64,000 nt of DNA from positions 672,001 to 736,000 of the forward strand of contig CAXVYR010000003.1 of NCBI GenBank assembly GCA_963666975.2. The letters run 5' to 3'. Below the pieces are notes generated by a model, which ran no database searches, had not been told where the DNA came from, and saw only the letters and a program-made list of their open reading frames with translations. The position numbers were made by a program, and so were the translations under genes. Within the stretch, counting starts at the first letter, position 1. Each line of letters starts with the position of its first letter. Shown here piece after piece: positions 46,467 through 55,411 of the stretch. Origin of the DNA: Terriglobia bacterium (GTDB lineage Bacteria; Acidobacteriota; Terriglobia; 2-12-FULL-54-10).

Positions 46467-47858
46467 ATGTTCAAAGTCTTCTTCCACACGGTGATTGCGC
46501 TGGCGGTTCTGTCAATTGCCGCCCTGCCAATTTCGGCAAGTGAGGCAGCCGAAGCAGAGGTACTGAAGCTGCTCCGCGAGGATCGTCCGTTCCATTCCAT
46601 CCCGCCAGACCTCTTCGAGCAACTGGGATGGGACCTGCCCGACGGCGGCGCCCAGGTAAAGTCGCTGGCAGATGCTGCGCCCGGAAGCGCATTCGACCCG
46701 CGCAGACTGGAAGCATTGCCCGTCGACAAGCTGGGCTACCGTGCCAAGTGGCACGAGGTGAGGTATGAAGTCTACGGGCTGGATTGGGACATCCCCGGAC
46801 TGCTCCTTACCCCCAACCACCCTGTACCGGGACTCCCCACCGTGGCAATCATTAACGGCGGCTCAGCAAATTGGTATGAGTTTTTTCTGGACCCGCTGAA
46901 CGGACCCGGTCTGGGGCAATATCTGGCCCAGAAGGTCCCCGTCCTGCTGATCACCATCCCAGGCAACTACAAGCACGGCGGGTGGCAGGGGCAGGAGGCA
47001 TTGCAGGACAGGGTTCCGGGCTACGTGCTGGACCGAGACATATCTCCCGATGAAGCCAAAATCCGCAACGCCATTTTCACCTTCCGAGTGATTACCGAAG
47101 GAGTTCGGCGTCTGATCGAGACAGCCACTTCCGGACCCGTCCTGGTTGTGGGCCATTCCACCGGCGGAGAAATCCGTTTTCTACTCGAGGAGTCCGGCCT
47201 CAAGAGCCGAATGGCGGGACTTTCCCTGGGATGGGGAAGCGGCGGACCTGCCGCTCTGGACAAAGTCGTCCAGGATGCCCAGGAGGCTCGGGAGGAAAAC
47301 GTGGAGCGGTTCGCGAGTTACCCTCCCCTGTGGGAACTGCGTGCACGCAGCCCGGAAGGGTATGTGCAAAGCAAGTACATTGGGCCGCTCAATCCATCCG
47401 GCGGGAATACTGACCTTGAAGTCGCTCGCCGCTGGCACGAGCTGGTGGGACGCCGCCGCCCGCAGTTCAAACAGGTGCTGCAAGACTTGGAGCACCAGGG
47501 AGCCGAGGCACTCCGCGAACGCGCCGTGAAAGAAATCCGCCAGGCGCTCGACGGAAACCAGCTCGGCGTGAATCCTGACGAGGTGATTCCAGACCTGTTC
47601 TCAACCGTCCGCGCGCCCGTTACCGGCTACCGGAAGATGATCTGGGCGGTCGCCCAGAAAGACAACGGTCACTGGAACGCCGATCCGGAAAAGGCGCTGG
47701 AGTTCCGCCTTGCGAAGGCATTTCGGCGGCAGAATCCGGATATCCCTATCCGGGTGATGGTCTTCGATGTGCCCATGACCCATTATGGACACATCGAGAA
47801 AGCTCGCCAGGTGGCGGGTGGACTGGTGGCAGCAATGCGCTGGCTCGTGGAACCCTAA
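46467..47858 (+). CDS. Exported alpha/beta-hydrolase-like protein
   Basis: RBS AAGGAG; signal peptide; VLVVGHSTGG nucleophile elbow; C-terminal His motif THYGH. Confidence 0.7.
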   Translation: MFKVFFHTVIALAVLSIAALPISASEAAEAEVLKLLREDRPFHSIPPDLFEQLGWDLPDGGAQVKSLADAAPGSAFDPRRLEALPVDKLGYRAKWHEVRYEVYGLDWDIPGLLLTPNHPVPGLPTVAIINGGSANWYEFFLDPLNGPGLGQYLAQKVPVLLITIPGNYKHGGWQGQEALQDRVPGYVLDRDISPDEAKIRNAIFTFRVITEGVRRLIETATSGPVLVVGHSTGGEIRFLLEESGLKSRMAGLSLGWGSGGPAALDKVVQDAQEAREENVERFASYPPLWELRARSPEGYVQSKYIGPLNPSGGNTDLEVARRWHELVGRRRPQFKQVLQDLEHQGAEALRERAVKEIRQALDGNQLGVNPDEVIPDLFSTVRAPVTGYRKMIWAVAQKDNGHWNADPEKALEFRLAKAFRRQNPDIPIRVMVFDVPMTHYGHIEKARQVAGGLVAAMRWLVEP

Positions 47859-47860
47859 CG

Positions 47861-48778
47861 GTGGACCTGGTAAAAGTGGACAAAGTAAAAACCGCCGCCG
47901 AGGTGGTCCGCACCATCCCGGACGGCTCCCACATCGCTCTGGGCGGCTTTGCTATAGCCCGCAATGTAATCACCGTCGTCCACGAACTGATCCGCCAGCA
48001 GAAAAAAGCTCTAACCCTCTCCCAATGTGTCATGGGGATGGATACGGACCTGCTGGTCGGGGCCGGCTTGGTGAGCCGTCTGATGGTCGGCGGAGGGTCG
48101 CTCGACCGCTTTGGCCTGGTATACTGCGTGAACCGGGCGCGGGAGACGGGACAGGTCATCTCGCTGGACTACAGCAGCCTTTCCCTCTGCTTCGGCTATC
48201 TGGCCGGGGCGCTGGGCATTTCTTTTATTCCGATCAAATCGCTGCTGGCCTCCGAGGTGCTCGACCGGCTGGAGGCAGGACCCGGCGCCGAACATGTCCG
48301 GCGCATGCAGTGCCCCTTTACCGGAGAAGATTATCTGCTCTTGAAAGCCATCACTCCCGATGTTTCTCTGGTTCACGTGCAGGTGGCGGATCGCGAAGGA
48401 AACTGCCGGATTGACGGGCCACGCTGGGAAAATGAGGAGCAAGCAAAAGCAGCGCATCGAGTGATCGTCATCACGGAAGAACTGGTGCCGACCGAGCAGA
48501 TCCAGCGTTCTCCCGAGCGAACGGTGATCCCGGCACACCGGGTTGAGGCCGTCATTCACCAGCCCTTCGGCGCGCATCCCACGGCCGTTTTCGGCTGCTA
48601 TGACTACGATGCGGATCACTTAAAACTTTATGTGGAGCACGCCAGACATCCCGCGCGGATGAGGGAATATCTGGAAACTTACGTTATGAACACACGGAAT
48701 CATGAGGAATACCTGGGAAAAACCGGCGGCCTGAAGCATGTGAACAAGCTGAAAGCGAAGCCAGTCTTTGGCTATTGA
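47861..48778 (+). CDS. Family I CoA-transferase subunit A (glutaconate type)
   Basis: IPDGSHIALGGF, VHVQVADREGN, PFGAHPT. Confidence 0.9.
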   Translation: MDLVKVDKVKTAAEVVRTIPDGSHIALGGFAIARNVITVVHELIRQQKKALTLSQCVMGMDTDLLVGAGLVSRLMVGGGSLDRFGLVYCVNRARETGQVISLDYSSLSLCFGYLAGALGISFIPIKSLLASEVLDRLEAGPGAEHVRRMQCPFTGEDYLLLKAITPDVSLVHVQVADREGNCRIDGPRWENEEQAKAAHRVIVITEELVPTEQIQRSPERTVIPAHRVEAVIHQPFGAHPTAVFGCYDYDADHLKLYVEHARHPARMREYLETYVMNTRNHEEYLGKTGGLKHVNKLKAKPVFGY

Positions 48779-48825
48779 CCGGCGGGCAGCTCCTATTCAT
48801 CCCATACCAAACCGAAGGAAAGCGA

Positions 48826-49587
48826 ATGAAAGAAGTTCGCGCTACGGAAATCATGGCGGCTGCCGGAGCGAAGCAACTCCGGGACGGTGAAGTGATCGTG
48901 GTCGGGCTGGGTTTGCCGCAAGTCGCCGCTGTGCTGGCCAAGCGCACGCACGCGCCCGGACTGACCTCGCTGCTTGAAATCGGCGTAGTCAACATGAATC
49001 CGGTGGACACGCCTGTGGGACTGGCTGATTCTCGCATCTTTTACGGAGGGACTAGCTGGAGCGGTTTTCTGGATATCCTCGGCATGAACCTCCATCGCGG
49101 TATTGTGGATGTCGGATTCCTGGGAGCCCTGGAGGTCGACCGCTACGGCAACATCAACACGACCCTGCTGAAAGACGACGCCGGAAAGGTCCGCTATTTC
49201 AACGGGAGCGCGGGCGGAAATGACGTTGCCTCGCTGGCCAAACGAGTCATCATCATCATGCGCCACGAGAAACGCAAGCTGCCCATGACGGTGGCTCACC
49301 TGACAAGCCCCGGTTTCGCCGGGGGAAAGAGCCGCCGGGAGCTGGGCCTGCGCGGAGGCGGCCCCCACCGAGTCATCACTGATAAAGCCCTCTTAGGATT
49401 TGATCCCGATACACATGCCGCTTCCCTGCTCTCCCTGCATCCGGGCGTTCGCTTGGAAGAGGTGGTGGAGAATACGGGATTTCCTTTGCAAATCCCCAAA
49501 GATCTCCAAGCCACGCCGCTTCCCTCTCCCGACGAGTTGCGCCTGCTCCGGGAGGAGATCGACCCGAAAGGTGTGTATTTAGGATGA
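48826..49587 (+). CDS. CoA-transferase subunit B
   Basis: VGLGLP, LLEIG, GFLGALEVDRYGNIN, GSAGGND, REEIDP. Confidence 0.9.
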   Translation: MKEVRATEIMAAAGAKQLRDGEVIVVGLGLPQVAAVLAKRTHAPGLTSLLEIGVVNMNPVDTPVGLADSRIFYGGTSWSGFLDILGMNLHRGIVDVGFLGALEVDRYGNINTTLLKDDAGKVRYFNGSAGGNDVASLAKRVIIIMRHEKRKLPMTVAHLTSPGFAGGKSRRELGLRGGGPHRVITDKALLGFDPDTHAASLLSLHPGVRLEEVVENTGFPLQIPKDLQATPLPSPDELRLLREEIDPKGVYLG

Positions 49588-49638
49588 GCCATCATATTAA
49601 AACCATGTGAACTCATAACCTGAAAGCGAGGAGAACCC

Positions 49639-50643
49639 GTGATCTTTGACATTGAACTCAACTCAGCGGCCCATTATCCGGTCGCCGGAATCGTGGATTT
49701 ATCTCCACGGATCGAAGCAGCCGGCTTCGATGCGTTTTGGAAGGGTGAGTCGAACAGCACCGATCCGCTGATCCTGCTTTCCGGCATCGCCGCCCGCACG
49801 AAGACCCTGAAGCTGGGAACCGCCATTTACCACATCTACGGTCGCAGCGCGGTCAGCCTGGGAATTCAGTCGGCCACTTTGCAGGACATGTCCGGCGGAA
49901 GGCTGCTGCTCGGCCTTGGCGTCGCCAACAAGACTATCGCCGCATGGCACGGTGGCGCCTTCGACCGCCCGCTGCGCCGCATCCGAGAGTACACCGACAT
50001 TGTCCGCAAGACTGCCGCCGGAGAGCGGGTGGAGTATGCGGGAGAAATCTATACCACGGGCAAGCGCTTCCAGCTTTCTTGGAAGCCTGCTCATCCAACC
50101 TTCCCTATCTACCTGGCGGGGCTTGGCCCGCAGATGACGCGGCTGGTGGGACGCATTTCCGACGGGGTCTTCATCAATATGGCCACGCCGGAGACCATCC
50201 GAAAGATTGCCGAGCGAGTCCGCGCCGGAGCCGTGGAAGCGGGCCGCGACCCCAACAAGATCGATATCATTACCAAGGTCCGCGTGTCTCTGAATCCGGA
50301 CCGGGCCATAGCTCGCTCGCGCCTGCGGCAGGTGCTGACTTTTTACAACATCGCCGATCATTACAAAAACATGCTCATCGCCTCCGGGTTCGAGCCGGAG
50401 GTGAAGGCCGTGCAGGAAGCCTTTCGCGCGGGCGGATTCAAGGCGGCGGGAAAACACATCACCGACGCGTATATGGACAAGCTGCCGGTGATCCCGGGAA
50501 CCTCTATCCAGGAGATCAAGGACCGGCTGGCTCCTTTTATCGAGGCCGGCGTCACCCGGCTGGTGGTCCCCTACGTCCCGGTGACCGAGCCGGTCATCGA
50601 GGACGCCCGCCAGTTCATCGAAGCCTGGGGAAAGCATTCTTAA
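49639..50643 (+). CDS. LLM class flavin/F420-dependent oxidoreductase
   Basis: KLGTAI, SGGRLLLGLG, PIYLAGLGPQM. Confidence 0.9.
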   Translation: MIFDIELNSAAHYPVAGIVDLSPRIEAAGFDAFWKGESNSTDPLILLSGIAARTKTLKLGTAIYHIYGRSAVSLGIQSATLQDMSGGRLLLGLGVANKTIAAWHGGAFDRPLRRIREYTDIVRKTAAGERVEYAGEIYTTGKRFQLSWKPAHPTFPIYLAGLGPQMTRLVGRISDGVFINMATPETIRKIAERVRAGAVEAGRDPNKIDIITKVRVSLNPDRAIARSRLRQVLTFYNIADHYKNMLIASGFEPEVKAVQEAFRAGGFKAAGKHITDAYMDKLPVIPGTSIQEIKDRLAPFIEAGVTRLVVPYVPVTEPVIEDARQFIEAWGKHS

Positions 50644-50658
50644 AGGAGGATTGCCATC

Positions 50659-51669
50659 ATGTGTGATTTTGCCGCCAACGAAGCCGCTGAACAACTCTTA
50701 GTGGGCCGCGTGCTGACCGTGAAGCGTGTTCGCGAGCTGAACGCCAAAGACTATTTCTACCAGATGCTCAAGGACAACCCGGAGATGCTCAAGATTTATC
50801 CGGGGATCGAGAACGAGCTTCTGGAGGGAGCCATCGACTGCCACATCCACGCCTACCCGGATTTTGTCCATCGCTCGCAGGACATGATCCAGATCGCCAT
50901 CGACGCCTCGAAAGCGGGCATGCGCGCGCTGGCCTTTAAGGACCACTGGAACATCAGCGCCAACGCCGCCTATCTGGCCCAGCGCCACATTGATTATCTG
51001 CTGGAAAAGGGAGAGCTGACGCACCGTGTGGAAATCTACGGCGGAACGGGCACATGCCTCGGCATGAACCCGGATGCCGTCCGCGTAGCGCTGCAATACC
51101 CCAACTGCAAGATGATATGGTTTCCCACCTTCACCTCCTACGGTTTCTGGCGCGGCGCCGGACATCCGGAACGCGGCGGCGTCCGTCTGGTAAACGACGC
51201 AGGCGAGGTGCTGCCGGAAGTGGTGGAGATTTTGGAGATGGCCGCAGCAAAGAAAGTAGGCGTCGGCTTCGGGCACACCGACTTTACGGAGTTGCTGCCG
51301 CTGGCCAAGAAGGCCAAGGAATTCGGCGTCCGAGCCACACTGGACCATCCTCTGCTCGAACTCAACAAACTGCTGCTGGAGGAGATGAAGGAGCTGGCCG
51401 ATCTGGGAGTCTACGTCGGAACCTACTGTCAGCCTATGATCCCGAGCCTCTACCAGCCTGTCGCCGATCCTATGGAGACGATCCGCACCATCCGGGAGAT
51501 CGGACCCAAACGGTGCATCATCGGAAGCGACTTCGGCCAGGTCCTGCACATGGATTCGATTGATGGCATGCGGGTCTTCATTCGCGCTCTGCTCGCCTTC
51601 GGGATCAAACCCCGCGAGATTCGCACGATGCTGCAGGACAACCCGGCAAAACTGATGTGGCTGGATTGA
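50659..51669 (+). CDS. TIM-barrel metallohydrolase (DUF6282-like)
   Basis: IDCHIH, FKDH, WFPT, GH, DHP, GSDFGQ, DNPAKL. Confidence 0.8.
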   Translation: MCDFAANEAAEQLLVGRVLTVKRVRELNAKDYFYQMLKDNPEMLKIYPGIENELLEGAIDCHIHAYPDFVHRSQDMIQIAIDASKAGMRALAFKDHWNISANAAYLAQRHIDYLLEKGELTHRVEIYGGTGTCLGMNPDAVRVALQYPNCKMIWFPTFTSYGFWRGAGHPERGGVRLVNDAGEVLPEVVEILEMAAAKKVGVGFGHTDFTELLPLAKKAKEFGVRATLDHPLLELNKLLLEEMKELADLGVYVGTYCQPMIPSLYQPVADPMETIRTIREIGPKRCIIGSDFGQVLHMDSIDGMRVFIRALLAFGIKPREIRTMLQDNPAKLMWLD

Positions 51670-51691
51670 TCCAATTGGGAGCGCCCTGCAG

Positions 51692-52498
51692 TCACTTCAA
51701 GCACGGCCCGAAACTAGGAATGAGGCCGTCAACAATATTCGCCATCTGCTTGAGCGTTTCGAGCAGCGGCTCACCCTCAATAATCTGCGGCTCGCCGAAC
51801 GCTACATTAAAGCGGAACTGCATTTGTTGGTCTATTTCCGCGTCAGGGGCACCAACAAAGAGTTCGTCGCCTACCTTCAACGGGCAGAGTTTGTCGGCGG
51901 GCTTCAAAAACAAGTCTAATTTAGGAACAACACTTCTACCGCCCAAGAGTTCCTGCATGTTGCGATGCAACATGGGACCAACATTAACGCTCCGATAGGC
52001 CGATCCCACGGCTACCAACAAGCGGTGTTTGTCGATGTTGTTAAGTTTGTGGAGCACCCAAAGTTGGTGCCCTTTCCCACCCTTGTATGGTTCGATACAG
52101 TTGATAGCATCTATCGCATCTTGCCTCATACCCTTTACTTTTCCAGGCAAGCTGGATTTGTATTCAGGGGGGCTGTCCGCGATGGGGAAGTAGATGTGCC
52201 GCCCAGGTCCACTGGCACCATTCGTGCCGACAAGAAACAATTGATAGGCTAAATGGTCAAGGGCACTCCTGAGATTCTGAAGAATGTCGCCGCTGATCGT
52301 GGTAATAAGTGCGGGTGTGTGTTTGATGTTCCCTACATAGTAAATAGGCTTTCTGGTTTGAGAGTCCCGCTTGGCAACGACTTTATATGGGTCGGACTCG
52401 AGAAAGATGCCGAGGATTTTTTCTAGCTGGACGATGTGCTCTTTCGCCCGTTCGACTTTCGCCCGTGGGCCAAGTAGCGCGGAATTAGTTAATACCAT
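51692..52498 (-). CDS. Hypothetical protein, possibly HEPN-like
   Basis: 268-aa ORF, AT-richer than its neighbours; KVERAKEH, NLRSALDHL, LNNIDKHR. Confidence 0.7.
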   Translation of the reverse strand: MVLTNSALLGPRAKVERAKEHIVQLEKILGIFLESDPYKVVAKRDSQTRKPIYYVGNIKHTPALITTISGDILQNLRSALDHLAYQLFLVGTNGASGPGRHIYFPIADSPPEYKSSLPGKVKGMRQDAIDAINCIEPYKGGKGHQLWVLHKLNNIDKHRLLVAVGSAYRSVNVGPMLHRNMQELLGGRSVVPKLDLFLKPADKLCPLKVGDELFVGAPDAEIDQQMQFRFNVAFGEPQIIEGEPLLETLKQMANIVDGLIPSFGPCLK

Positions 52499-52559
52499 TC
52501 TTTCATTAGCTTACCATCCCCTATGCATCAAGTGAATAATCACGTGGATTGAGGCGGAG

Positions 52560-53537
52560 CTACACCTTAAGCGACTCCGCTAGAGCGAGCGTCCTTCTGG
52601 CACGCTCCACAATCGGCAGATCGATCAACTGGCCGCCGAAGGCAATGGAGCCCTCGCCGCGAGCCGTCGCCTCGTCAAACGCCTGAACCACTTGGCGGCA
52701 GTAGTCCACCTCAGCGGCGGTAGGAGTGAAGGTGGCGTTGATAGGAGGAAGGTCGTTGATGGGGTCGATCTGGGAAGGATGAATTAGCGACATCCCGGTA
52801 AATCCCAAGCGGCGAGCCTGGAGAGCGAACGTGTTCAATCCTTCCATGTCTTTGAGGTCTGGCCACACTCCGTCCACTGCCTGGACGTGCGCAGCGGCGG
52901 CAGCGGTCACCAGCGCAGAGCGGGCGTAAAGCAGGTCCCGTGCCTCGCCTTCCCGCAGCAACGGCAGGCCCAGTTCTTTTCCATAATCCTCCGCCCCAAA
53001 TATCAGTCCCATTACGCGAGGCGAGGAAGTAGCAATTGCATGGGCGTTGAGAAGTCCTTGGGGACTTTCAATGGCAATGAGCAAGCTCACTCCCCCGGCG
53101 GGAATTCCCGCCTCCGGCTCTCGGCGATCCAGTATCTCGGCGACCGTCCTCACCTGTTCCGGAGCGTTGATCTTTGGCAGCACCAAACCTTCCAGGCCCG
53201 CCCGGATCACGGCGGACAGATCGGCCTGCATGCGTTCTCGCGCAGGCGTTCGATAAGGAGCAGCTGACCCGGTGAGGCGCTGCCCGGCCTGCCAACTTGA
53301 TGCGCAATATCGCGCAGGCGTTCGATAAGGAGCAGCTGACCCGGTGAGGCGCTGCTGCACTTGATCGAAAGCCGCCGCAATCTGCTGCCGGGCCGTCTCC
53401 TTTTCCGCAACGGCCACCCCGTCTTCGATGTCCATCATAATGGCATCCACGTTCAGCCCCAGGGCTTTTTCAATCATGCGCGCGCGGTGTCCGGGAACGA
53501 ACATCCAGGAGCGGAATAGTTTAGTGGTTCGGTCCAT
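52560..53537 (-). CDS. CitE/HpcH family CoA ester lyase with internal duplications
   Basis: RSWMFVPG, DIEDGV, IESP, FGAEDY, IHPSQ; the VRIN motif is disrupted. Confidence 0.85.
   Translation of the reverse strand: MDRTTKLFRSWMFVPGHRARMIEKALGLNVDAIMMDIEDGVAVAEKETARQQIAAAFDQVQQRLTGSAAPYRTPARYCASSWQAGQRLTGSAAPYRTPARERMQADLSAVIRAGLEGLVLPKINAPEQVRTVAEILDRREPEAGIPAGGVSLLIAIESPQGLLNAHAIATSSPRVMGLIFGAEDYGKELGLPLLREGEARDLLYARSALVTAAAAAHVQAVDGVWPDLKDMEGLNTFALQARRLGFTGMSLIHPSQIDPINDLPPINATFTPTAAEVDYCRQVVQAFDEATARGEGSIAFGGQLIDLPIVERARRTLALAESLKV
53238..53355. repeat. 46-bp exact direct repeat, period 72
   Basis: TCGCGCAGGCGTTCGATAAGGAGCAGCTGACCCGGTGAGGCGCTGC at 53238 and 53310. Confidence 0.9.
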
Positions 53538-53563
53538 AGGCCACTTCAGCAGTCAGATCGGAT

Positions 53564-54739
53564 TTAATACGACCTGGGCATTCCGAGCACATTCTGGCCC
53601 AGGAAAGCCAGCACCAGGTTATTGCTGACTGGCGCAACAGAAAACAGCCGGGTTTCACGAAACTTACGCTCCACGTCGTAATCACGCGCAAAGCCGTAGC
53701 CGCCATAGGTAGTGAGGCAAGCGTTGGCCGCCTCCCAGGCGGCCTCCGATGCCAGCAGCTTGGCCATGTTGGCCTCGGCGCCGCACTTTTCCCGGCGCTC
53801 GAACTTTGCGGCTGCGTCAAAACGCATCAGGTCCGCGGCTTCAATATGGGCGTAGGCCTGCGCGATGGGAAATTGGACGCCTTGGTTCGCGCCAATGGGC
53901 CGCCCGAAGACCACGCGCTCCCGTGCGTAACGCGCCGCACGCTCGACAAACCAACGCCCGTCCCCGATGGCCTCGGCGGCGATCAGAATGCGCTCCGCGT
54001 TCCAGCCGTCGATGATGTAGCGGAAGCCCCTGCCTTCTTCGCCGATCAGGCTGTCGGCAGGAATCTCCACATCGTCAAAAAAAAGGGTGTTCGTATGGTG
54101 GTTGATCATCAGGTCCAGAGGCTGGACTTCCAGTTTTCCCTTGACGTTCCGCATGTCCACCAGAAAAACGGAAAGCCCGCGGGTCTTGTCTTTGAGATCA
54201 TCGTAAGGCGTGGTGCGCGCCAGCAGCATCATCAGGTCCGATTGCTTTACGCGGGAGATGAAAATCTTTTGTCCGTTGACCACGTAGCTGTCCCCCTTAC
54301 GAACGGCGCGGGTTTCGATGCGCGTGGTCTCCGACCCGGCGTTCGGCTCGGTGACCGCGAAGGCCTGCAGCCGCAACTCTCCTTGGGCGATCTTCGGAAG
54401 ATAGCGCCGTTTTTGTTCCTCGCTGCCGTGGCGGAGCAAGGTTCCCATGGTGTACATCTGGGCGTGGCAGGCGCCGGAGTTTCCTCCGGAGCGGTTGATC
54501 TCCTCCAGAATAATGCTGGCCTCGGTTATCTCCAGGCCCGCGCCCCCGTACTCCTCCGGTATCAATGCCGCCAGATACCCGCTGACGGTGAGCTGATCGA
54601 CGAATTCCTGCGGATATTTCTCCTGCTTGTCTACATCGCGCCAGTAGGCGTCCGGGAAATCCCTGCACAGCTTGCCGACAGCCTCCCGTATGGCCTGCCT
54701 GTCTTCGTTTGTGTGTGACTGCGTGGTTTGTGGTTCCAT
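53564..54739 (-). CDS. Acyl-CoA dehydrogenase
   Basis: IPEEYGGAG, VTEPNAGS, NGQKIFIS, FGRPIGANQG, GGYGF. The upstream part of the 653-aa track ORF is antisense to the MaoC gene. Confidence 0.93.
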   Translation of the reverse strand: MEPQTTQSHTNEDRQAIREAVGKLCRDFPDAYWRDVDKQEKYPQEFVDQLTVSGYLAALIPEEYGGAGLEITEASIILEEINRSGGNSGACHAQMYTMGTLLRHGSEEQKRRYLPKIAQGELRLQAFAVTEPNAGSETTRIETRAVRKGDSYVVNGQKIFISRVKQSDLMMLLARTTPYDDLKDKTRGLSVFLVDMRNVKGKLEVQPLDLMINHHTNTLFFDDVEIPADSLIGEEGRGFRYIIDGWNAERILIAAEAIGDGRWFVERAARYARERVVFGRPIGANQGVQFPIAQAYAHIEAADLMRFDAAAKFERREKCGAEANMAKLLASEAAWEAANACLTTYGGYGFARDYDVERKFRETRLFSVAPVSNNLVLAFLGQNVLGMPRSY

Positions 54740-54898
54740 AACCTTGCCCCCTGATGCGAAGCGTAGTATATAAAAGGATTTCCTGGGTAACAAATCGAAA
54801 TGTTCACTTCCCTCTTGCGAGTTTCGGTTTTCCCGCTCTTCTCCTTCTGCTGGTTTGGGAACATCCACTCGCGAGTTTCCCGATAAGGAGGAAAGCAA

Positions 54899-55411
54899 AT
54901 GCCTGTCAAAACCGGCTGGGAGGGCCGCTACTTTGAAGATTTCACCGTGGGCGACATCTACCGCTGCCGCCTGGGAAGAACCGTCACGGAAACCGACAAT
55001 ATTTGGTTTACGCTGCTGACCAACAACACCAACCAAATCCATTTCAACAATGAGTACGGCAAGCGCACCGAGTTTGGCCGCTGCCTGATCAACAGCGCCC
55101 TGACGCTGGCCATCGTCGCCGGACTGGGCGTGGCCGATGTCAGCGAGAACGGCTTTGCTCTGGGCTGGGATGAGATCAAGCTGCCGAACCCGCTGTTCGC
55201 CGGGGACACGCTTTACTCGGAGTCCGAGGTCCTGGAAAAGCGCGCGTCCAAGTCCAAGCCGCAATGGGGCATCATCAAGGTTCGGACCCGAGGCGTGCAG
55301 CAAGAAGGCAAAGTCGTCATCGACTACGCGCGCAGCGTCATGGTATGGAAGCGCGCGCATGCTCCGAAGCAGGACCTCTTTCCTGAGATTCGTTCCAATG
55401 CCGCGCCATAA
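54899..55411 (+). CDS. MaoC family dehydratase
   Basis: GRYFEDF, GRTVTETDN, NQIHF, PLFAGDTL. Confidence 0.92.
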   Translation: MPVKTGWEGRYFEDFTVGDIYRCRLGRTVTETDNIWFTLLTNNTNQIHFNNEYGKRTEFGRCLINSALTLAIVAGLGVADVSENGFALGWDEIKLPNPLFAGDTLYSESEVLEKRASKSKPQWGIIKVRTRGVQQEGKVVIDYARSVMVWKRAHAPKQDLFPEIRSNAAP

